Shown here in pieces: positions 43,764 through 52,419 of a DNA stretch of 64,000 bases (its first letter is position 1; every line of letters starts with the position of its first letter). The notes below the pieces were generated by a model. The model ran no database searches and had not been told where the DNA came from. It was given only the letters and a program-made list of their open reading frames with translations. A program made the translations under genes and the position numbers. The DNA is taken from IMG/VR virus record IMGVR_UViG_3300025000_000055; one strand, given 5' to 3'. The DNA is from a virus (taxonomy: Duplodnaviria > Caudoviricetes).

Positions 43764-43896
43764 TTTTATTTTTCATCTCCTTATAAAATTTTATTGACTT
43801 TCTTTATATGATAGTTGTTCTAAAGATAGAATTCTAAAAAATATAAAAAAAATAAAGAATGGAATTAACCATTCTTTATTTTATTAAAAGTATATT

Positions 43897-44832
43897 TTAA
43901 TATTTCTGTTTTATGATTTGACCATTATTCAACATAATGAAGAATACTTTAAAATGATGTTCTAGCTGAGATAGGGCATTTGAATAAGTCCTCTTAACCC
44001 TATTATTATAATACTCTGAATTAACAAATAATGTTACTGCATTAAATCTTTGTGCCTTTAGTTCTTCAATAACATACTGCAATTCAACATTGTTAAATTC
44101 AACGATGTTGAAAGCATTAGTATTACTATATTTTTGATGCAAACTTTTTAGTATACTAACTTCCGAACGCATTGACAAAATAGTATGAGTTGGTCTATTA
44201 GGTCTATAATTTGATATAATGTATGGTGTATATTTATCACCATTTTTAGATTCTACAATTTTTTTAGAAAATAGAAGTCTATTTATTTTATTAGTAATTT
44301 CTATTTCATCCCCGTTAGATTTATCTACATCCGTACTAATTAAACTATCCTCAATAATAGTGAATGTATAATCAATATCTGATTTAGTATACTTATCGTA
44401 CAATTTAATCTCTAAAGGATTATCTTTTTTATTTATACTTGCAATAATCGTTAATTCACCTTCAAGTGAATAATTCTCTAGTAAACAAATAAATTGTTTA
44501 CTAATATTGACAAGCATTCTTTTACCAATATTTAATGTAATTAGCATGATATCAGTATTATGCTCATTTTTACTTTCAACTATAAATGGGTTAAAGTCTT
44601 TCTTCCCATAAATAATACTTGTTGGTGTACTGGTAAGAATACCAGGTTCTTTCATTTTAATAAATTTTAACAAACCATCATTATCCAATGGCGGAATTAT
44701 ATTCCCCATACATCTAATGAAACAATTCACAACAATTACAGGGGAATCTTTTCTTTTAAAAAAGGCACTAGTCTTACTATTAAGAGTATTAATCTCCCAC
44801 GGTCTTGGACTTTCGTTAAAAATTCCTATCAT
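43897..44832 (-). CDS. Hypothetical protein (paralog 1 of a tandem pair)
   Basis: Shares FNE..PWEI, DxNPFIV and RPxRPT motifs with 44881-45789. Confidence 0.7.
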   Translation of the reverse strand: MIGIFNESPRPWEINTLNSKTSAFFKRKDSPVIVVNCFIRCMGNIIPPLDNDGLLKFIKMKEPGILTSTPTSIIYGKKDFNPFIVESKNEHNTDIMLITLNIGKRMLVNISKQFICLLENYSLEGELTIIASINKKDNPLEIKLYDKYTKSDIDYTFTIIEDSLISTDVDKSNGDEIEITNKINRLLFSKKIVESKNGDKYTPYIISNYRPNRPTHTILSMRSEVSILKSLHQKYSNTNAFNIVEFNNVELQYVIEELKAQRFNAVTLFVNSEYYNNRVKRTYSNALSQLEHHFKVFFIMLNNGQIIKQKY

Positions 44833-44880
44833 AATAAATCTCCCCCTATTTTATTATTTTTATTTTATAAATACAATTTT

Positions 44881-45789
44881 TTAATACTTATATTGTATTA
44901 TAGAACCATTGTTCAATAAAATAAACACCGCTTTAAATTTTGATGTAAGTTCTTGTAATATTACTTTATATTTATCTTCTAATCGTTCAATTGATTCATT
45001 AGAATCAACAAATAGAGTTATAACACTGTATCTATTACTCTTTAATTCCCCAATAAGGTCTTTAAGATTTTCCTCACTAAAATAAGTAAACAAATTATGG
45101 TATTGTAAGTTATTCTTAACAACCTTTTCCATAGTCCGTTCCATTTTTGAATACACATCATTGGAACATATAACTATTTGTGTAGGTCTTTTCGGCCTGT
45201 TATTCTTTATTTTTATAACAACAGGTTCAAATAGTTTATTTAATTTCTGTATAGATTTTTTACATCTTAAATTAAAATTTTGATTATACATAATTTTATA
45301 TTGAGTTATCTCTTTGTCTTTTTCATTATAAAGAGAGATATAACAATAAGAATCTGTATTTGCTTCCATCGAGATTACTATATTTAACTCATTTTTATTA
45401 AGACTATTGTCAATAATAAAATTTCTATCCATCTGAATATCAAATAAGATTTTATCTCTAACATCCAAACTTAATAGTATAACGTTTCTGTTATTTCCAC
45501 TTCTTGATTGTACAATAAATGGATTCAAATCTTTATATCCAAATAAAACATTTGTATCAACATCACATATCTTAACAACATCTATGGTTTTACCAATGTT
45601 ATTAACAGTTGTTTTAATTTTATTTATAAAATCTTCTTCCGGGGATGTTAAATAAATCCCACAATTATAAGTACGAATTTTCTCTTCATCTTCTTTGAAA
45701 AAATCATACTTTTTAGAAATCTGTAAATATTTACTACCCTCCCTTGATATTTCCCAAGGCTTTTCTGTTTCATTAAATAAATAAATCAT
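44881..45789 (-). CDS. Hypothetical protein (paralog 2 of a tandem pair)
   Basis: Same shared motifs, with GGAGG RBS. Confidence 0.7.
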   Translation of the reverse strand: MIYLFNETEKPWEISREGSKYLQISKKYDFFKEDEEKIRTYNCGIYLTSPEEDFINKIKTTVNNIGKTIDVVKICDVDTNVLFGYKDLNPFIVQSRSGNNRNVILLSLDVRDKILFDIQMDRNFIIDNSLNKNELNIVISMEANTDSYCYISLYNEKDKEITQYKIMYNQNFNLRCKKSIQKLNKLFEPVVIKIKNNRPKRPTQIVICSNDVYSKMERTMEKVVKNNLQYHNLFTYFSEENLKDLIGELKSNRYSVITLFVDSNESIERLEDKYKVILQELTSKFKAVFILLNNGSIIQYKY

Positions 45790-45951
45790 AACCCGACCTC
45801 CTATCTCTATATCTCATCTTTTCTATTTAATATTTCTGTTTATTTCCAAATTATTTTTAATTAATCATAATTTTCCATTTCCTATCATTCCTTTAAATAA
45901 ATTAATATAAAGTTGATTTAATAAATCAACTTTATATTATTTTTATTAATT

Positions 45952-46824
45952 TTATAAAAATTTTTTATTTTTCATATCAGAAATAACATCTGATACTTTA
46001 GGATATGTTTCAGCACTTACCTGTGTAAATTGAATCCGACGAGCACTATCTTTACCTCGTTTATCATCTCTTTCACGACGGTCAATAAAATAGGCTAGTC
46101 TTTCTTTAATTTCTTTCTTCTTACCTTCTTCAAGATAAGATAAAACAAAGTTAGTTAAAATATTCCAGATTATCATCTGTTTGTCATCTAAATGACGGAT
46201 GATATCTTTTCTTTCAAGGGCGATTTCCATAATAACTGCATTCAAAAAATCTTCATTAAATAAAGACATAAAAAGTTTCTTTAAAATTTTATTGTCTAGT
46301 TTTAATTCAGATTCTTTACTCAAAGCATAAAGTTTACGAATAAGTCTCTGCACATAAATTCCAATTATCCTCTCATTTTCAATCATAGATTTATCAGGTA
46401 TAATAGCTAGTAATTCCTTAATTGTACTTTCATCTAAATCAACTTTTTTCTTAATTTTCTTGACTTTCTTTTTAAGCAATTCATCAATAATACCACAGTA
46501 TATATCATTAACATCAGTTTCAATCTTATCATGATTTCTTTCTAAAAAGTTATAAAGTAAAACAACCAATGCGGGGTCGTTGTTTTCTTTATTTTCTTTA
46601 ACAACCTTCTTCAGAGTTTTAGCAAATTTTAAATCCATCATTTTTTCAAATATAACAGTTACAATGTCCTGCTCCTTAAAACCTCTGCGAATATAAAAGG
46701 TTGTAAGGTCTGAAAGGTTATCTGAAATCACACGAAGCCTTTCATCTTTATTCATTTTCTTAGGTTTCCATTCTTTTAATAATTCTTTTACTGACATTAA
46801 AAATTCCTCCTTTAAAATATACAA
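45952..46824 (-). CDS. Hypothetical protein
   Basis: About 281-290 aa. GGAGG RBS before MSVKELL. Confidence 0.7.
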   Translation of the reverse strand: MYILKEEFLMSVKELLKEWKPKKMNKDERLRVISDNLSDLTTFYIRRGFKEQDIVTVIFEKMMDLKFAKTLKKVVKENKENNDPALVVLLYNFLERNHDKIETDVNDIYCGIIDELLKKKVKKIKKKVDLDESTIKELLAIIPDKSMIENERIIGIYVQRLIRKLYALSKESELKLDNKILKKLFMSLFNEDFLNAVIMEIALERKDIIRHLDDKQMIIWNILTNFVLSYLEEGKKKEIKERLAYFIDRRERDDKRGKDSARRIQFTQVSAETYPKVSDVISDMKNKKFL

Positions 46825-47001
46825 TAAGTTTCTAATATTAATTTGTTGTTTATTTACAAATTAATTTTTATAATTCTCAACTCCTTAAAATTTAATCTTT
46901 ATACTTTAAAAATAATATATATTTATAAAGTAAATATAATTTTTTATATAATAATAAAAAATAAACATAGATAATACACTATCTATGTTTATTTGCCATC
47001 A

Positions 47002-47721
47002 CTAATTAAAACAATCTAAAGTATAAATTCCATCTTTATCTGGACTATTAAATATTATTGATGTTTCATCAGATATATTTAGAGCTGGACGAACACCAAA
47101 TATCATATTAATAAAACATGATCTATACGTCACCCCTAAATAATTAACATAGGTGGGTGATGGTATAAGAAATGATCTACTTCGTAACCACCACATCCAC
47201 CCATGATTTCTTTCTCTTTTTTTCTTATTAATTTTAATATTATCATTATAACATTCTTTTGATAAAGTTGTTATACGTTTTTCAATATTCCCAACAAAAA
47301 TAGGCAAAATATCAGAACCTTCAATATTATTAACTTCTGCTCCAACTTCCACTAATGATAAAAGAAACACTTTATCTATTAAGTCATCAGTTAATTTGGT
47401 GTCATGTTCATTTTTTATAACCTTAATATTAGTATCTAAAATCTTAGAAAATTCATTAGTAGTAAAGTGACTTAAAAATCCTGAAACTGTATTTAACCAG
47501 TAACGTATATCGGAAGTACCATATGATTTTATTTTATCTTTTGAAAAAGGGTGTAAATCAATAATTTCATCTGTCAATAAAGTAACAGAATTCTCAGGAT
47601 AACCCGGATGGTTCTTAGCAACTATTCTCCAAATAACAGGTGTTATTTCATTGTCACCAACTTTATAACTACCAAATCTAACTTTGTCACTAATATTTAA
47701 TTCTTTAATTAATTTAGACAT
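47002..47721 (-). CDS. DUF6273-like domain protein
   Basis: WRIV, SDIRYWLN, DKVFLLS, WWLRS and GVRPAL motifs. ATG 47721 follows an AGGAG RBS. Confidence 0.7.
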   Translation of the reverse strand: MSKLIKELNISDKVRFGSYKVGDNEITPVIWRIVAKNHPGYPENSVTLLTDEIIDLHPFSKDKIKSYGTSDIRYWLNTVSGFLSHFTTNEFSKILDTNIKVIKNEHDTKLTDDLIDKVFLLSLVEVGAEVNNIEGSDILPIFVGNIEKRITTLSKECYNDNIKINKKKRERNHGWMWWLRSRSFLIPSPTYVNYLGVTYRSCFINMIFGVRPALNISDETSIIFNSPDKDGIYTLDCFN

Positions 47722-48018
47722 ATCACCACTCCTTTTATATTTTTTATTTAAATATAATATATAAATATAATCTTTTATATTTGTTTCTAGATATATAAAT
47801 ATATAATAAGATGTGTTTATTAAACACATCTTATTATATATTATTTACTTAAATTATCTAAATTAGTTTTTACAGATGACTCAATTAATGTCTCTAAATC
47901 ATCCTTTTTTTTAATCTTTTTCTTTGTTGGGTCCTCAATATCTAATTCCCCAAATACACCAACTTCAGTTAGTAAACATAGTTCTTCATTATTTTCTAAC
48001 ATATTTTTCAACCTCCTA

Positions 48019-49728
48019 TTATTTTAAAGATTTTTTAACTAGTAAACCCTTTGTAACTAAGTCACTATTTATACCCATACTCGTCAAATGCACATCAATT
48101 AAATTTAATGTTACTTTATTTTCAACATTATTAGTCAAACTATTTAGAGAAACAAATCCTTTTTGTGCTATAGATGCATACATTTCATTCTTCATAACCA
48201 TATCATCGGCTCTCGGCGATAAGTTCATATTGTTCGTTAGACAATACAGTTCTCTTATGAACTTCCCTAGGGTTTCCCTAGGATACCAGACTATATCACT
48301 AACCTAAAAATATTAGGTTACTTCCTATTTCGATTTAAGGGATTCTCACCCACTCACTTGAGCCCTACTCCTATTGCTTATTTCAAAGCCTAAAGGGATA
48401 GTCGTTGAACTTTATTCTTATTTTTTAATCATAATTTTATATTTTTTCGAAATATGACCCCATTTACCATATTTTATACCATCTATTAAACTATAAAAAC
48501 TATTATTGTTCTTTCTTTTTTTATAACCATATATATGCATTATTTGCATTTGAGTAAGCCCCTTCTCAAGATATTCGCATATTTCAGTAACTAACGCTTC
48601 TGAATATTTAGCATAATAATTTAAACTACCATTACAACCAAATCTACTTTTACCATGAATTAAACTAAAGTCATTATTTTCTTTAGTTGTAACCCATTCA
48701 AGATTTTCGTAATAATTATTAAATGAACATGTATCTTTATGATTCACATTGATTATACATTGTTCTTTATTATAACCATTAATAAATTCCCAAGCAACAA
48801 GTCTATGTATTGCAACATTTTTAATTTCTTTATTTTCACCCATTAATCTTAAATGTAAATATCCTTTTTTATCATGAAAACATTTTAAAAATCTATCAGT
48901 TTTTATATTTTTTATTTTACCATAGTTACTTATTAAATAAGTATTCTTTTTAATAGATGGATATGTAATATTTCGAAAAATTTCTTTATCTTTTTTAATA
49001 ACTATATACATTTTTTATCATCCTTTTAAAATAAATTAAAAAAATGTATAATAAGATATTAAAAAATAATATAACTTATAAATAAGAATCTTAGCTGCGG
49101 ATTACTCAATCTTTTTATTTATATAAATAAAAAGCTCTAAGAGCTTCCCCGACAATTAAAGAAGTTTTCTATATATGTTACCAATATATAGGGGCTAAGC
49201 TATGTAACCCATTAGCTCTCTTAGTGCATCATTGGCTCCAACAGATAATAATGAAAAGTTTTCTTGATCTGATTCTCTAGCGTTTTTATCTTCACCAACG
49301 ACCTGACCAGTCATTGCAGAACGACTTGAACTTTTTGTTGATAAAGTATTTTTTTTACTCAATAATTGTTGCATTCTTTTAATATGAACATAACCAACAG
49401 GTACTTCGTATTTAGTAACAACGGGATTATCAATATTATTATTAACAAAAGGTACTACTATTTTTTCGAATAAAGGTATATCTAATACTTTAGCCGCTTT
49501 TTCTATATTGTCAATATTTAAATCTCTCTCATAATCAACCATATCTAAAATAAGATATTGGTCATCATCTTTAAAAAATTCTTTAAAAAAAATATCGAAT
49601 TGTTTATCACTCATTGGTTGAAATAGTTCTTTATATTTTTTAGTGTTTATACTTGTTGGGTCTAAAGCATCAAACGTATCATAAATTAGTTTTTCCATCT
49701 TTTTTCTTTTATTTTTAATAAGATTCAT
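48019..49728 (-). CDS. C-terminal fragment of an RNAP beta-like subunit (probably virion RNAP), spliced (exons 49728-49207, 48216-48019)
   Basis: VPVGYVHIKRMQQ...RSAMTGQVVGEDKNARESDQE resembles the RpoB C-terminus. Splicing joins LRELMG|PRADD (about 239 aa). Late motif at 49760-49771. Confidence 0.72.
48217..49206 (-). mobile_element. Group I intron K (990 nt) with an HNH ORF
   Basis: P1 GGGT|...GCCC, family core, tail ATGAACTTATCG. Confidence 0.9.
48418..49011 (-). CDS. Intron-encoded NUMOD4-HNH homing endonuclease
   Basis: YLISNYGK, IHRLVA and VNHKDTCSFNNYYENLEWVTTKEN motifs, located in the P6 loop. Confidence 0.88.
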   Translation of the reverse strand: MYIVIKKDKEIFRNITYPSIKKNTYLISNYGKIKNIKTDRFLKCFHDKKGYLHLRLMGENKEIKNVAIHRLVAWEFINGYNKEQCIINVNHKDTCSFNNYYENLEWVTTKENNDFSLIHGKSRFGCNGSLNYYAKYSEALVTEICEYLEKGLTQMQIMHIYGYKKRKNNNSFYSLIDGIKYGKWGHISKKYKIMIKK

Positions 49729-49825
49729 CCTCCTTTACTAAAAATATATACATCTTTCTTAAAAATTTGTTCTGTAAATATGAAAAAACAATTATTTAAA
49801 ATAAAAAGGAGGTTGATTTTTTATT

Positions 49826-50257
49826 ATGGAAAAAAATATTCTTATTATTAAAAGAGAGCTTAATATAATAAAAATAGATTATTTAGATAAAAATAAAAAT
49901 ACTATAGACAAAGTATCTTACCAAATAAAGAATATGGGATATGAAGCATTTGATGATTTCAAAAATACAGTTGTCCCTTTCTTTAAAAAATATTTTAAAG
50001 AATCTCAAATAATTTTTTTAAATGAACGCCATTTATTAACTTTATTTGTAAAACTATTAAAAATTTGTATTAAAGATGATAAAATCCCTCCAATTAGAGC
50101 TAATATTAATGAGAAAAAAAGACATTACATTATAAATATATTTAAAGAGATTGATGATTCAAAAATTGAATCAAATAGAAATATGACATTTAATTTATTT
50201 AAATATTTTGATTATTTAGTATTAAATTATTGCTGGTTGGATATAGGAAGGAAATGA
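49826..50257 (+). CDS. Hypothetical protein
   Basis: 143-aa ORF with AGGAGG RBS. Confidence 0.65.
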   Translation: MEKNILIIKRELNIIKIDYLDKNKNTIDKVSYQIKNMGYEAFDDFKNTVVPFFKKYFKESQIIFLNERHLLTLFVKLLKICIKDDKIPPIRANINEKKRHYIINIFKEIDDSKIESNRNMTFNLFKYFDYLVLNYCWLDIGRK

Positions 50258-50560
50258 TAAATATGATTTATACAATTGGCCATACAAAATCTTATTTACA
50301 AGGATTTAAAGAACACAAAAATAATCCTGAAAAATTTAGAAAATTGGGAAGAAAAGATAATTTTGAAGGTAAGTATTATCCTGGTGGAAGTGTATTTAAA
50401 ACATATGATGACGCAAATAAATATTTAACTGAACATAACAAAAAATAATTACTCAGTGTTTGGTGTATTAGCTGATTGGAAAAAAGATACAGAGTGGGAT
50501 GGTAAATTAGAATATAATGATTTATTAGTAAGTGCTCAATTAATTTTATTAAACGAATAA
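50230..50560 (+). pseudogene. Hypothetical gene with an apparent +1 frameshift in an A6 run
   Basis: Removing one A at 50440-50445 extends ...TEHNK into NNYSVFGVLADWKKDTEW...LLNE* (stop at 50558-50560). Confidence 0.5.
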
Positions 50561-50564
50561 ATAT

Positions 50565-50604
50565 AATTTTACTAATGTAGAATAATAACTACATTAGTAA
50601 AATT
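50565..50604. terminator. Bidirectional terminator
   Basis: 16-bp stem AATTTTACTAATGTAG/CTACATTAGTAAAATT between convergent genes. Confidence 0.7.
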
Positions 50605-50636
50605 ATTTTATGAAACTAACGCACAGAAACTGAATG

Positions 50637-51876
50637 TTAATTGTTAGCCAAAAACCAAGAAATATAGTCACCCATACGAGCAAATAATGCATTGGTTGGA
50701 TGTAAGTCATAAGTAACAGACTCAATATCACCTAAATAAATTGATTCGTTTAAGCTATTTATACCAATGTTGTTATACCAGTCACACACAGGACACCCAT
50801 ACAATTCACCAACAGTCTTAATCGCGTTTACATAGTCAACACTTAATTTACCTTCATTATTGTACGTTGCTGTCGTATCAAAATAATAACCCGGAATCGG
50901 TGTTACTAAATAAACCCTCATTGTCGGTTTAGTGGTTAGAATTTTTTCAATGCTGGCCTGTAATGCCCCATAAAATGTATTAGTATTAAACACTGAACCA
51001 ATTGGTTGTATTGTGCCTAAAGCAATTGCTTGTAAATGGTCATTTGCCCCCACTTGTTATTGTTACAGCATTACCATCGTAAATATGAGTATTTATTATT
51101 GCGTAAATTTCTGGCATAGTTTTACCACCAGAGCCTTTATTAAGGATGCTACAACCTAAAATTTCCCTCATATACGTTTGATATCCCTTTACTGATTGTC
51201 CTGATTCTATGTGTGTTGCTGCAAAAACACCACCATCATAAGCAGTAATAGAATCACCAAATGTTACGAAAGTTTTTCCTGCCCATTTACTTTTTGTTGA
51301 TGGGTCAACACTTTCACTACTCACATAACTTCCAGCTATACCTAAATACGGTATAAATTGACTAATGGGTGTTAACTCATGCCCTCCAATAATCAGGGTT
51401 CCTTCTCTGAAATACAGATTATAAAAATCTACCATATCATCAACCATTATATCAAGAAGAACATGTAGATACCTATAGTTATTGGGGTTGCTCCACTCAA
51501 CAGATACCAAAGCGTCTAACTGCTGTTTTACTCCTATATTGTATGTTCCATAGGAGATATACGGAGGGGTTAAGGCTTGACTGGTTCCTAATGTTCCAGC
51601 TACAGCGCTGCTTGTTAAATACAACTCAGCCAAAACAGTATTTATCCTTGGGTCACTACTATACATTTTTGCTTTATGTTGAATTGTTATTGTTCCACTT
51701 AATTCCTCCAAAACAGACGCTAAGTCATAGATAATAGTTACATAAACAGTAGTCCCACTAGATCGTTTTGTGTGTATAAAATCCCATGTAACAGAATTAT
51801 TTTCCAAGGCACTTACAGCGGTCTGAAGTATTTTTATGTTTTTTCTTGCTTTACTATCTACTGGTAGTATCAACAT
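50637..51876 (-). pseudogene. SGNH/GDSL hydrolase tail-associated protein split by a +1 frameshift (ORFs 51040-51876 and 50637-51053)
   Basis: Block I FGDSIT, block II NKGSGG and block V DLHPT. Removing one G from the G5 run (51047-51051) restores block III TSGANDH. Confidence 0.75.
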
Positions 51877-52308
51877 TTATACTGCCCCCTTCCAGTAAAC
51901 ACCTTCTCCATCATTATCGGCATCAATTTTGAGAGAGTTTAGGTTGGAAACTGACCAAACGGTTATATCATCGGCTAAAAGCGGCTTGGCATCTGTTTTT
52001 AATCCGTCCTTGGGATAAATGTAAATGTTCCCAGTGTTAGTTGACATTGCTTCAATTATTACTCCCTCACCACATCCTTGGTCTATTGCGAGTAATTCAG
52101 GTGTACCTGCTACTGTAACAGTTTTTATCCCAGCTATTGCAACTGTTCTACCAGTTAGTTTACTATTAGTTTCTAGTGTTCCATCACTACTATGTTTCTG
52201 AGGTATAATTAACCCAGAAGATAATACTGAATAAGGAATTTGTTTTATAGCCATACTATTAGCAGGATCTGTATAAAACACTTTCTTTGGTAAACCAAAC
52301 ATTAACAT
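51877..52308 (-). CDS. Constant-leader small tail-region protein, copy 1
   Basis: First 53 aa identical to 62482-62883. AAGGAG RBS and late motif at 52335-52346. Confidence 0.75.
   Translation of the reverse strand: MLMFGLPKKVFYTDPANSMAIKQIPYSVLSSGLIIPQKHSSDGTLETNSKLTGRTVAIAGIKTVTVAGTPELLAIDQGCGEGVIIEAMSTNTGNIYIYPKDGLKTDAKPLLADDITVWSVSNLNSLKIDADNDGEGVYWKGAV
52148..52308 (-). repeat. 161-bp repeat identical to 62482-62642, in inverted orientation
   Basis: Base-by-base comparison. A 59-bp core also occurs at 54252-54310. Confidence 0.92.
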
Positions 52309-52419
52309 ATATATCTCCTTTCTTCTTTCATATTTATTTATATGTTTTAATTGGATATTAGCTACAAAGAATGTAAATAAAGATGAATAAAAAATAAAGA
52401 TGGTGGCCCCTAATTAATT

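Noticed and set aside
7103-48228. Short ORFs beginning MNI/MNL/MNK/MTS/MIY/MKIW (e.g. 7103-7549, 10439-10780, 11065-11343, 29696-30010, 30876-31169, 38829-39842, 41807-42280, 48019-48228) as independent genes
   Set aside because: Their start codons lie inside intron 3' tails and lack an RBS. They are downstream exons of spliced genes.
7538-49206. Dispersed ~300-bp repeats as a CRISPR array or REP/MITE family
   Set aside because: They are not regularly spaced and have no spacers or terminal inverted repeats. Every copy carries P/Q/R/S elements, and its removal restores a conserved reading frame, so they are group I introns.
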